Below, piece by piece: positions 9,515 through 18,756 of a stretch of 64,000 nucleotides of DNA. The translations under genes were made by a program, and so were the position numbers. Under the pieces are notes generated by a model. The model did not search any database. It was not told the DNA's origin and was given only the letters and a program-made list of their open reading frames with translations. Every line of letters begins with the position of its first letter. The stretch's first letter is position 1. Source of the DNA: Gammaproteobacteria bacterium (GTDB lineage Bacteria; Pseudomonadota; Gammaproteobacteria; JAGOUN01); assembly GCA_046290385.1 (NCBI GenBank), contig JBKAGM010000004.1:9010-73009 (forward strand), written 5' to 3'.

Positions 9515-10435
9515 TTATCCAAAAACCGCTTCCAAATTCTTTTGCATCTTAACGTATTTTTCGGATGACATTTTTTGAATATTTTTTATTTTCCAAGATA
9601 AAGCTGGGAAATTTTTCAAATCGAAATCCATAAACTCCCAATCAGGCTGGCTTGCATTAACAGATAATAAAAATTCTTTATCTTTTCTAGAAATTTTTGT
9701 TTTAACTAAATTTACCAATGTCTTTCTCGTGGTATCCAAATCATGATAAGTTATCTCCATATTCGTCATTCCTGAAAACTCCTTAGCATAAGTTTTCGAC
9801 AAATCTAAAAAATTAGGATTAAGCAACTCATGTATGGGTCTTCCGCCACACGCAATATAAACAACAATGGCGCTTAACAAATCGGTACTAACTCCTTCAT
9901 TCTCTAACAGTAATTTAACATCAAATAAATCTCTTGGATGTTGCCTATCGAGTGCTGCGCATATTTTTCCAGCATATAGATCCTCATGCGAAACCACAGG
10001 CATATCTAACACGCTTAATCCAAATAAATTTTCAGCAGAAGAGCATAGTCGTTTATACTCAACTGGAATTAAAACACCACGTACAACATCATTAACCTCA
10101 ATCTTAATTTGCACATGATTAGCGATGATAAATAATTTAATAGCTGTCTTATGGTGTCGATGCTCTTGTATAAGAACTCTTACATTCGGTATATATTTTT
10201 CGACATCATGTTTTATAAGAAAAAGTGATTTTTCAATATTTAGCATTGCCTCTTCTCTTGACTTTTTTTCTAGATATACTAAATCAATATCGACAGACAA
10301 TCGTGGCATTTCTCTAACAAATAAATTAATCGCTGTACCGCCTTTTAAAGCAAAACAAGACTGTTTCGCTACAAATGGCAAGACGCGCAATAGTAACCTG
10401 ACTTGTTGGTAATAATATTCTTCAAATTCATGCAT
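9515..10435 (-). CDS. AbiEii/AbiGii-family nucleotidyltransferase toxin (type IV TA / abortive infection)
   Basis: LKGGTAINLF...RLSVDIDLV (GGTAL NTase motif I) and KICAALDRQHPRDLFDV (RDLYD motif III). The ORF call 9515..10501 begins upstream. The start taken here is the ATG at 10435, which overlaps the upstream gene stop as ATGCATGA. Confidence 0.75.
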   Translation of the reverse strand: MHEFEEYYYQQVRLLLRVLPFVAKQSCFALKGGTAINLFVREMPRLSVDIDLVYLEKKSREEAMLNIEKSLFLIKHDVEKYIPNVRVLIQEHRHHKTAIKLFIIANHVQIKIEVNDVVRGVLIPVEYKRLCSSAENLFGLSVLDMPVVSHEDLYAGKICAALDRQHPRDLFDVKLLLENEGVSTDLLSAIVVYIACGGRPIHELLNPNFLDLSKTYAKEFSGMTNMEITYHDLDTTRKTLVNLVKTKISRKDKEFLLSVNASQPDWEFMDFDLKNFPALSWKIKNIQKMSSEKYVKMQKNLEAVFG

Positions 10436-11234
10436 GAGACTCATCCTTAAATACATCTTCCGGCAAAGATAATTCATGTTTTGGATAATAAACTCCTCCA
10501 CCTGAGATCACGCGCTTTCCTTTGCCAAAGTTTATTTTTTCTAAATTTAAATACTTAAACCAATTATGTCGCTCATGCTCTGAAAAAAGTAAAAATAAAC
10601 GTTTTACTTTGACAGAAGTGCAATGCTCTAATAAATATTGAAAAACGTCAGATCGACAAGAATGTAATCCCTCAAATAATAATTTTGTTTGAGATAATGA
10701 AATTTCCTCAGGAACTAATGCCAATGTTTCTAAGATGGCCCGCTCAACACATGACATCTTGACATGGTATTCGCCGATGGCATGTCCAATCAATGTGTCA
10801 GATAAATACGAAGAAAATAATTTTTTATGCGTCACATAAATAGATGCGTTTTTTGAAAACATTTTTTTAAACCACTTAGGTAAGGTCATACCAACCTGTG
10901 GATGTTGAAAAAGATATAATGGCTCCTTCGCCTGCATCGGCACAAAGTGAGCAAAACCCAAACGCTCTAATGCAGACCGACCTCCTATATGTATAGGTAG
11001 TTGTAAATGCTGTTGTAGTGCATATAACGCACCTTCTGGGCGTATTTCATCACCTTCTCTGGCATAAACACCAGGCGCCAAACGCATTAGCCAGTGGTGC
11101 TTCACATAACTATCAGCAAGTTGACGATAAATACCTTGTTGATTTAATGCGTTTTGCACGGCAATTGTTCCTTTTGGCCAGTGTTTTAATAGATAGTTTA
11201 ATTTTCCATTTTTTTGTCTACTCATACTTGTCAT
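10428..11234 (-). CDS. AbiEi-family antitoxin/transcriptional regulator (type IV TA system)
   Basis: 268 aa; an N-terminal AbiEi_4-like segment (GIYRQL...WLMRLAPGVYA) sits immediately upstream of the AbiEii gene, which is the canonical order. The two genes are translationally coupled. Confidence 0.6.
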   Translation of the reverse strand: MTSMSRQKNGKLNYLLKHWPKGTIAVQNALNQQGIYRQLADSYVKHHWLMRLAPGVYAREGDEIRPEGALYALQQHLQLPIHIGGRSALERLGFAHFVPMQAKEPLYLFQHPQVGMTLPKWFKKMFSKNASIYVTHKKLFSSYLSDTLIGHAIGEYHVKMSCVERAILETLALVPEEISLSQTKLLFEGLHSCRSDVFQYLLEHCTSVKVKRLFLLFSEHERHNWFKYLNLEKINFGKGKRVISGGGVYYPKHELSLPEDVFKDESHA

Positions 11235-11247
11235 ATCTCATTTTAAA

Positions 11248-11270
11248 TAAACTACTTGATAGCAATAGTT
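11248..11270. promoter_or_regulatory. inverted repeat in abiEi promoter region (candidate autoregulatory operator)
   Basis: aaactacttgatagcaatagttt with outer arms aaacta/tagttt, 14-36 nt upstream of the abiEi start. AbiEi proteins are known to bind inverted repeats in their own promoters. Confidence 0.3.
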
Positions 11271-11652
11271 TATTATAATACTTTTTTGACAAGCATTAAT
11301 AGTCAAATTAAATGTTTTTTAAACTATGTCTTGGACTGTTGTTACAAGTATATTTATACCCTTTTTGTTCCCAATTGTCTAGTGATTTTTGTAAGGGTAT
11401 TGCTAAATGAAGGGATTAGAACTGGCCTATTGATTTTTAAAAGCCCCCCCCCGGATAAACAAAGTTTTAATGCAACAGACCCAAAATCGTTTTTTTCAGG
11501 TCCCACGTATAAAAGCAAAAAATAGGCTTGAGAATGAAAAAATCTAAATGATTTTTAATGCATCATTATTATTCTTTTAAACATCTCGCTATCAATATAT
11601 TGATATCTAAGATAGTATAAATATAAGAAAAATCGAATAGAGCTCTACCATA

Positions 11653-13188
11653 ATGGCCAATGCATTTACAGAAACAGTCATCACACCTATCAAAGCCATG
11701 CGACTACGCTATGTGCCATTATTAATGATTTATTTTGCATATGGCGCTTCTGTCTTTTCAGGTATAGCTGAAAGCTTTTTTATTAAGGAACGTTTAAATC
11801 TACCCGCACACGCACTTATGATGATTGCTGTTTGGATAAGTATTCCTTGGTCGATAAAAATGGTCTTTGGTCAATTTGTCGATTCCGTGCCTTTTTTAAA
11901 ATCCACACGACGAAGTTATGTGTTTTTTGCTGCAGGCTTGATGGCAATCGGAAGTCTATTGATGGCGGGATTAGCAGGAGAATGGACGTGGATCCTGGCA
12001 ATGGGTTCAGCCAATGCTATATTCATCGTTGCGAGTTTAATTACTGTTTTTGGCGCCGTATTACAAGATGTCGTCGCAGATGCGATCTCTGTCGAAGTCG
12101 TCGATCGTGAAAACCGTAGTGAAGAAGAGATTCGTCATGAACTCGCAATGGTGCAATTATTAGGACGTTTGTCGTTAAGCATCGCTATTTTTTTAGTATC
12201 GGGTCTTGGTGGATGGCTCGCTCAAATTTATTCTTATCAAACAATATTTTTACTGACGCTCATTGTGCCAATCATCTCTGTGACTGGGGCTCTATTCATC
12301 CAAATTGATATCCCACAAATCAAACCCATTAATCGTAAGGTGTTTTTAGGTGGTCTCGCATATGCTGCTTTCGTGACAAGCATGGCTTTTTCACAATTCC
12401 CTGGGCATCAAGAAATTATTCTTGTTGTAAGCTTAATTATCGTGAGCATTTTATTATTCTCAATTTTAGGTGATGTCGATCATGACACACTGAAGAAAAT
12501 CCTTTTTGCAGCTCTCGTAATCTTTATCTATCGAGCTATGCCACCTGTAGGACCTGGATTACAATGGTGGGAAATTGATGTGCTTGGTTTTAATAAGGCT
12601 TTTTTCGGAACGCTTGCGCAAATAGGCTCAGGACTTGCCATTGCTGGAATGTGGTTTTTTGCGAAATGGCTAACAGAAAAGCCTATCGGGTGGATTCTAT
12701 TAATTTTAACACTTGTTAGTTTTATTTTAAGTTTACCTGTGATTGGCATGTATTACGGTTTACACGAGTGGACACAGGCAAATTTCGGATTTGGAGCACA
12801 TACTATTGCACTAGTGGACACTGCGCTCGCTTCACCTTTCGCACAAATGAGCATGGTGCCTATGTTAACGCTTATTGCTATCCATGCACCTCGCGGAAAC
12901 GCAGCAACGTGGTTTGCCTTGATGGCCTCACTCATGAATTTAGCACTCACGACAGGCAACTTAGTTAGCAAATGGTTAAATCATATCTGGGTAGTCACAC
13001 GTGAAGTTAAGGACTCCGCTGGAAATATTGTCACACAAGCAGATTACACGTCCTTAGGTCATTTATTATGGAGTACAACTCTTGTTGGTTTAATTCTTCC
13101 TCTGATCGCTACTTTTCTTTTTCTCCGGCAGGATGTTTTCTCGATTCGCCAACAAACTTCTACGACGACGCCAGCGAATAACAGTTGA
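11653..13188 (+). CDS. BT1/folate-biopterin transporter family MFS membrane protein
   Basis: 511 aa, about 12 TM. IPWSIKMVFGQFVDS matches the PWxIKPxxGxxSD motif of the FBT/BT1 family. Confidence 0.55.
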   Translation: MANAFTETVITPIKAMRLRYVPLLMIYFAYGASVFSGIAESFFIKERLNLPAHALMMIAVWISIPWSIKMVFGQFVDSVPFLKSTRRSYVFFAAGLMAIGSLLMAGLAGEWTWILAMGSANAIFIVASLITVFGAVLQDVVADAISVEVVDRENRSEEEIRHELAMVQLLGRLSLSIAIFLVSGLGGWLAQIYSYQTIFLLTLIVPIISVTGALFIQIDIPQIKPINRKVFLGGLAYAAFVTSMAFSQFPGHQEIILVVSLIIVSILLFSILGDVDHDTLKKILFAALVIFIYRAMPPVGPGLQWWEIDVLGFNKAFFGTLAQIGSGLAIAGMWFFAKWLTEKPIGWILLILTLVSFILSLPVIGMYYGLHEWTQANFGFGAHTIALVDTALASPFAQMSMVPMLTLIAIHAPRGNAATWFALMASLMNLALTTGNLVSKWLNHIWVVTREVKDSAGNIVTQADYTSLGHLLWSTTLVGLILPLIATFLFLRQDVFSIRQQTSTTTPANNS

Positions 13189-13653
13189 AAGATACCACAC
13201 TATTCTCACCAACACATACCCTAATGCACCAGAAATAGCACCTACAACAAAACAGCCTAACAAAAATGGCATGGCAATATTACTAAAATTATTTGAAAAC
13301 CAACCAATCGTACCATCAAACGGGGTTGGTTGAATCTCCAAAAGAAAGCTTCCCACCTTATAAGCAAAGTAAAATAATGGCGCCGCCGTCAGTGGATTCG
13401 TTAATAAGGAGACAATAAAAGTCAATGGCAGATTACTATTAAAAATAATAGCGCATATCGAAGAAAGAACAATCTGTGGCGGAATAGGAATAAACGCGCA
13501 AAATAGCCCAATACCTATCGCTCGAGACACAGAAGCGCGATTTAGACGCCACAAATTAGGCTGATGCAAAGCACGTCCAAAAAACTTCATAAAAGGTTTT
13601 TGATTTATGGACTTATGATCTGGCAAGTATTTTTTTAAAAACTTAATTAACAT
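13090..13653 (-). CDS. DUF2062-family membrane protein
   Basis: RAIGIGLFCAFIPIPPQIVLSSICAIIF resembles the DUF2062 core. The start is taken at the ATG overlapping the upstream stop (TAATG); the ORF call extends to 13728. Its 3' end overlaps the convergent BT1 gene by about 99 nt. Confidence 0.5.
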   Translation of the reverse strand: MLIKFLKKYLPDHKSINQKPFMKFFGRALHQPNLWRLNRASVSRAIGIGLFCAFIPIPPQIVLSSICAIIFNSNLPLTFIVSLLTNPLTAAPLFYFAYKVGSFLLEIQPTPFDGTIGWFSNNFSNIAMPFLLGCFVVGAISGALGYVLVRIVWYLSTVIRWRRRRSLLANRENILPEKKKSSDQRKN

Positions 13654-15002
13654 TAAATGATTTCCAAGCCTCGAAGAAAAATAAATAAAATAGCTAGCGG
13701 CGCTAAAATTCTTATCAGCCAATACCACGTACGAAATTTCAGTGTTTTGGAAGAAAATTTTAGTTCATGAGCAATCAAACTCTTGGTCATAAACCAACCC
13801 ACCAACAACGCCAACAAAAAACCACTAATTGGTAATAAAATGCTAGATGTCACAAAATCTAGTGCTTCAAAAAAATTCTTCCCAAACCATTTCTCTTGTG
13901 CCCAGATATTAAAAGATAAGATTGTGCCCGTGCTTAAGAATAAAATCACAACGCCACAAATAATAGCAGCATGCATTTTTTTTATATGTAATGTTTCTTT
14001 TAGCCAGACAACTGGTGCTTCTAAGAAACCTAAACATGAAGTAAAAGCAGCAAAACCTAGCATGACAAAAAAAAGCGTCGCAAAAAAAGTACCAGAAGGC
14101 ATATGGCTAAAGGATAAAGGCAGTGCTTCAAAAATTAAACCCGCACCTGCCGCTGGTGAAATCCCTTGAGCGAAAACAATGGGAAAAATGATCATTCCTG
14201 CACATAGCGCAATAGTAGTATCCAACAAACAAATTATCACAGACGTACGTGTAATCGAAATATTTTCAGGAAGATAAGCCCCGTACATCGCTACAACACC
14301 TAATGCGATACCTAAACTAAAAAAAGCCTGTCCTAAGGCAACTAAAACTGTCTTACCTGAAACGTGCTGTAACGATGGTTTAAACAAATAGGCCAAGGCA
14401 TGAGAAAATTGACCCGTATGTCCCGCATAAAATAACAACAACAGCAATAACATCACAAAGACTGGAAAAATGAAGACAACAGCACGTTCTAACCCTTTTT
14501 TTACGCCTGCGCCAACGACAATAACCATCCCAATAACAACACAAAAATTAAAAATAAACATTAATCCAGGATGCTGCATTAACGTTTGATAATATCCCCG
14601 GGATTGCGCTTCGGTGATATGTTCAAAATGTCCTGCTGCTGCCAAGTATATATATTCCAATAACCAACCACTGATAACACTGTAGTACGACAAGATGAGA
14701 AAACCGGTTAATATGCCTAGAGCACCTGCACAATACCATAGAGGTCGCATCGGCTTTTTTGAGGCAAATGCGAATGATTTTGCAGGATTATGCCGACCAT
14801 ATCGTCCAACTAAGACTTCACCCATCATTAAAGGAATACCAAGCACTATGACACAAAGTAGATAAAAAAAGACAAAAGTACCGCCTCCATTGGTACCTGT
14901 GATATATGGAAATCGCCAAATATTACCAAGACCAACAGCAGCGCTACCAGCTGCCATAATATAACTTAGTTGAGATTTCCACTGTGGTTTCGTTCGTTCC
15001 AT
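13653..15002 (-). CDS. neurotransmitter:sodium symporter (NSS/SNF) family Na+-dependent transporter
   Basis: GLGNIWRFPY NSS signature near the N-terminus; 449 aa, about 12 TM. Confidence 0.85.
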   Translation of the reverse strand: MERTKPQWKSQLSYIMAAGSAAVGLGNIWRFPYITGTNGGGTFVFFYLLCVIVLGIPLMMGEVLVGRYGRHNPAKSFAFASKKPMRPLWYCAGALGILTGFLILSYYSVISGWLLEYIYLAAAGHFEHITEAQSRGYYQTLMQHPGLMFIFNFCVVIGMVIVVGAGVKKGLERAVVFIFPVFVMLLLLLLFYAGHTGQFSHALAYLFKPSLQHVSGKTVLVALGQAFFSLGIALGVVAMYGAYLPENISITRTSVIICLLDTTIALCAGMIIFPIVFAQGISPAAGAGLIFEALPLSFSHMPSGTFFATLFFVMLGFAAFTSCLGFLEAPVVWLKETLHIKKMHAAIICGVVILFLSTGTILSFNIWAQEKWFGKNFFEALDFVTSSILLPISGFLLALLVGWFMTKSLIAHELKFSSKTLKFRTWYWLIRILAPLAILFIFLRGLEII

Positions 15003-15014
15003 GATCGTCTATTT

Positions 15015-16412
15015 TTAAATATCCCTTTTTAGTCTAACCCCATGATAAATATAAAACAATATAACAGGTGCGATCATAATGACAATGCCACTAGTAAACG
15101 CGATAATGTAATGCATATGTCCACCAACATCTATGGAATCTGGAGGGAAAAATCCAACAATAAGTGTGACAACACAACCGAACAAACCTAACAAACCAAC
15201 CACACATGTTCCAAATTTCCCAAATGGTATAGCAAATGGGCGTTCTTGATCAGGATATTTAAACCGCAGACGAATCGCGCTAACGAACATTAAGAGATAC
15301 ATCAGCATGTATAACTGCGTGCTCAAGTCTGTAAGCAGCCAATATGATGCATTCACCGTTGGCATAAACAAAAAGGCAACACAAATTAAACTCACTAACA
15401 AAGCTTGTATAATAAGGACGTGGGCTGCGACACCATAACTATTTTCTTTGGCAAAATAGTCTGGCATGAAATGATATTTCGCCGCACGTAACAAACCTTT
15501 AGCTGGCGAAATAACCCAGTTAATCATTTCCCCAAAGCTACCTATTAATATCATTATCATTAAAACAGGTAATAAAAATTTCAAATGATATCCAGAGAAA
15601 AACACCCCAAAGGCTTGCATTACACCATCAACGATATTAATTTGATCACGAGGAATAACTATTGCAATAGCGAAAGCGCCCATAATCATGGTGATCAAAA
15701 TAATTAACACAGAATAGAACATTGCCTTTGGAAATGTTTTTTGAGGATTCTCAACCTGCCTTACATGAACGGTTGCCAACTCCATTCCTAAGAATGCTGT
15801 CATAATAGCCGTCAATGAAATCCAGCTTTCCGAATGGCCCATTTTTGGCAGTAATGTATCTAGTTGAAAATGTAAATGTATAGGTTTTCCCATGACTAAC
15901 CACGTCATTGAGAACCCAATAATCAGCAGAACGGGAATAATAAACCCTAAGACACAGCAAATACTGGCAAAGCGTGCCGAAGTCTTTATGCCATACAAAT
16001 TAATGATGGTGATAGCCCAAAATGAAATCAAAATGATGGACACTAGATAAACTCTATTCTCTACCAACGCAGGATCTATCAAAAAGGCAATAGTCCCTGC
16101 AATAAACGATAATATAGTAGGAAACCATACCATCGTATTGATCCACTGCAACCATATTGCTAAAAATCCCACCTTATTGCCAAAGGCCATACGCGTCCAA
16201 TCAAACACGCCGCCGTATTCTGTCCATGCAGAAGAAAGTTCTGCTGAGATAAGCGCAGCGGGAATAAGAAAAACAACCGATGCAAAAATAAAAAAGAAAA
16301 TTAATGTGTCGCCAAACAACGCCGTCGCCGGCAAATTACGAATACTATCGATGGAGACAACGATTAACATCACCAACGCGAATGTAGAGATTTTTTTGGT
16401 AGCAGTTGTCAT
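15015..16412 (-). CDS. APC-superfamily amino acid permease
   Basis: 465 aa, 12 TM, typical APC permease layout. Confidence 0.75.
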   Translation of the reverse strand: MTTATKKISTFALVMLIVVSIDSIRNLPATALFGDTLIFFFIFASVVFLIPAALISAELSSAWTEYGGVFDWTRMAFGNKVGFLAIWLQWINTMVWFPTILSFIAGTIAFLIDPALVENRVYLVSIILISFWAITIINLYGIKTSARFASICCVLGFIIPVLLIIGFSMTWLVMGKPIHLHFQLDTLLPKMGHSESWISLTAIMTAFLGMELATVHVRQVENPQKTFPKAMFYSVLIILITMIMGAFAIAIVIPRDQINIVDGVMQAFGVFFSGYHLKFLLPVLMIMILIGSFGEMINWVISPAKGLLRAAKYHFMPDYFAKENSYGVAAHVLIIQALLVSLICVAFLFMPTVNASYWLLTDLSTQLYMLMYLLMFVSAIRLRFKYPDQERPFAIPFGKFGTCVVGLLGLFGCVVTLIVGFFPPDSIDVGGHMHYIIAFTSGIVIMIAPVILFYIYHGVRLKRDI

Positions 16413-17581
16413 TCCCTTTCCTTTTTCATTGACGGCTTTTTAGGACTGTATGCAAAAGCTGGACTTTGCATAGCATAAAAACGCCGATATTCCTCGCCGA
16501 GCGGTCCCGACAAAAATGCTTGGCTGTTAACTAATTGTATAATACCTTTCGTTGTTAAATCTACATGATACGTATTACGAAAATCATACTCTAGCTGCCA
16601 ATGAGCCGCACTTCCTTTATGCAAAGGCAAATAATATACGCGAAAATCCTCAAGCACACCCGTAACCGGTTCGTAATCGTAAACTTTTATTCCTGGATTA
16701 TTTCTTACAACGGGACTAATTGATGGCGATGTAAATACAACTGATTGATGATTGTTTGGAAGTGATAAAATTGAAAATCCATCGGTATGCACGTGGCCAG
16801 CAAAAAGAGCCTGGATGTTATTTCTATGTTTTTCAATAATACGGAAAAATTCGCGCAAATAATCCTTTTGCCAAAACGTCTCTTTAATTGAGTATTTCGC
16901 ACGTTTGTATTCATTGATTGTTGGCGGAATATGCATAGCAACCCACGCAACTCGATGCAACTTTTTTGCTTCATCAAGAACTTCATTCAACCATTGCAAT
17001 TGGGCCTTTGCGTCTGTTACATGTTGCCTACGATCTGGATCTCTTATGCTAAATAAATTGGCATTCAGCGTGATTAATCTAATATTTGAATTTGGCAAGT
17101 CTCTGTAATAATATCCTGCGTGTTTAAAAGTTTCTATACTATCATGATCAAGAACATGATGTTTTATTTTTGCAGCATTTGATAAAAAATCACCATCAAC
17201 AACTGTCAATGTATTGCCGCCGTAATTATCATGATTACCCATAGTGATATAAATTGGCGTCTCCGGAAAAATGTTTTGAACCGAATTTATTAGTGATTTT
17301 AAAAGGTCATTTATGTAGGCTTTCGATTGATGAATGCCATGAGGATAATAATCACCCAATAATAAAATTTCACTTGGATGTAACTCTCCAGAAGTTTTTA
17401 AATGCCTTAACTCATTTAGTGTCGATTGCCATAAAAAGTTATTTGTTTCATAACGGTATCCTGGATAATGTTTTTCTAGATTAAGCGCATCATAATGAAT
17501 ATCTGTTAACGTTAATAATTGTGAGGCAGAAAATACTTGCGAAAAACAGAAAAAGCATATTATAAATATTATTTTTTTCAT
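16409..17581 (-). CDS. secreted calcineurin-like metallophosphoesterase, acid-sphingomyelinase-like phosphodiesterase type
   Basis: Signal peptide MKKIIFIICFFCFSQVFSAS. Metallophosphoesterase motifs DIHYD, GDYYPHG, GNHDNYG, HIPP and GHVHTDGF, the last resembling the GHTHxDEF of the ASM/SMPDL3 family. Confidence 0.65.
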   Translation of the reverse strand: MKKIIFIICFFCFSQVFSASQLLTLTDIHYDALNLEKHYPGYRYETNNFLWQSTLNELRHLKTSGELHPSEILLLGDYYPHGIHQSKAYINDLLKSLINSVQNIFPETPIYITMGNHDNYGGNTLTVVDGDFLSNAAKIKHHVLDHDSIETFKHAGYYYRDLPNSNIRLITLNANLFSIRDPDRRQHVTDAKAQLQWLNEVLDEAKKLHRVAWVAMHIPPTINEYKRAKYSIKETFWQKDYLREFFRIIEKHRNNIQALFAGHVHTDGFSILSLPNNHQSVVFTSPSISPVVRNNPGIKVYDYEPVTGVLEDFRVYYLPLHKGSAAHWQLEYDFRNTYHVDLTTKGIIQLVNSQAFLSGPLGEEYRRFYAMQSPAFAYSPKKPSMKKERE

Positions 17582-18711
17582 AAAATTTTAAACTCTATGG
17601 TTTCTTCAACATGCTTACGCAAGTATTCAATAAAAGGCGTTCCGCCAGTACCAACGCCAGTAGGATTAGCATCGGATGCTTGACTTTGTTTATGGATATA
17701 CTCGATAGCATAACTTAAATGCGTTTTTCGGAATCTTGCCAAAAGATCAATACAATCATTATAAATTTTTTTTAGCTTCAAATCTCCAGAAAGCACTTGT
17801 TCTCGTACATTCGTATTTTTTTCCACATACTCTAGTAACATTCGATGATTCTTTGGCATGTAACCACGCATTTCCTGCAAATATTTTTGCAACATATCTT
17901 TCTTATGCTCGATACCCAATAGCGCATCACACATAGGAATGATAGTACTTTGCGCGCCAGTTTCACCACGAAATTTTTGAGGCTTCCCTTGATATTCTTC
18001 AACTCCCTCATAAATTAAGCCTTCGGGTAATACGGGATTATTCAACCAACCATGAATATAAGGACGAACACGTTGATAATAAATATATGGGTCACAACGC
18101 TCGGGTATACGATCGAGCGCTTCACAAATAGCGTTAAGGGCGTTTACTATTGGTTGAAGTGCCTCTCCTAATCCTATTTTATTTTCAACAATGATCAATA
18201 CATTCTTTACCAAAGCTTCGGCTTTAGCTTCGATATCGACATGCACCAAAACAAACCATTCCTCATCCTGTCCACCTAAAAAATTTTGCAATAATGCGAT
18301 GTTGCCTAATTCAATTGGTCCTTGTGGGTTTAAGCGCATCCAATTATAAAGTGCGTAAGATGCATAAGATAACACAGGGGGACGCTCTAAATATTTCGCT
18401 ACTTGATACCAAGGCTGTGCTAACACTTTAGGTAGTACATCAACAGCCGGATTTTCACCCCAAACATATGCGTGCCCCAAATACGACAAAATTAGCATTG
18501 CGCGTTGATAATGAGATTTATCATTTAATTGATTAATAGGAAATTCTGGTAACGATTTTATCTTGTTACGTAAAGTCGTGCTCATTAACCATTTTGGTAA
18601 TGTGCGCGCAATATCTTCCCAGGGTTGAAAAATAGAAGGAAGTATTGGAATTGGATCTTGTTTTGGTAGGAATCCACGTGTTAATTCTTCGAATGCCATA
18701 TTGAGCTCCAT
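17578..18711 (-). CDS. indoleamine 2,3-dioxygenase (IDO) family haem dioxygenase homologue
   Basis: Collinear blocks match human IDO1: AYVWGE, PPVLSYASYALYNW, GLIYEG...GETGAQS (vs GGSAGQSS), YLQEMRGYMPKNHR (vs FLQDMRRYMPPAHR), VREQVL, a conserved proximal His in RFRKTHLSYAIEYI, and GTGGT near the C-terminus. Confidence 0.8.
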   Translation of the reverse strand: MELNMAFEELTRGFLPKQDPIPILPSIFQPWEDIARTLPKWLMSTTLRNKIKSLPEFPINQLNDKSHYQRAMLILSYLGHAYVWGENPAVDVLPKVLAQPWYQVAKYLERPPVLSYASYALYNWMRLNPQGPIELGNIALLQNFLGGQDEEWFVLVHVDIEAKAEALVKNVLIIVENKIGLGEALQPIVNALNAICEALDRIPERCDPYIYYQRVRPYIHGWLNNPVLPEGLIYEGVEEYQGKPQKFRGETGAQSTIIPMCDALLGIEHKKDMLQKYLQEMRGYMPKNHRMLLEYVEKNTNVREQVLSGDLKLKKIYNDCIDLLARFRKTHLSYAIEYIHKQSQASDANPTGVGTGGTPFIEYLRKHVEETIEFKIL

Positions 18712-18756
18712 CTTAGCCGATATTATAATACCCTTTTAGGCGCACAAGGAAAAGAC

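Noticed and set aside
11256-11525. 89-aa ORF upstream of the BT1 transporter
   Set aside because: It sits in an AT-rich promoter region containing a poly-C tract, has no RBS and has low-complexity translation. It is regarded as non-coding.
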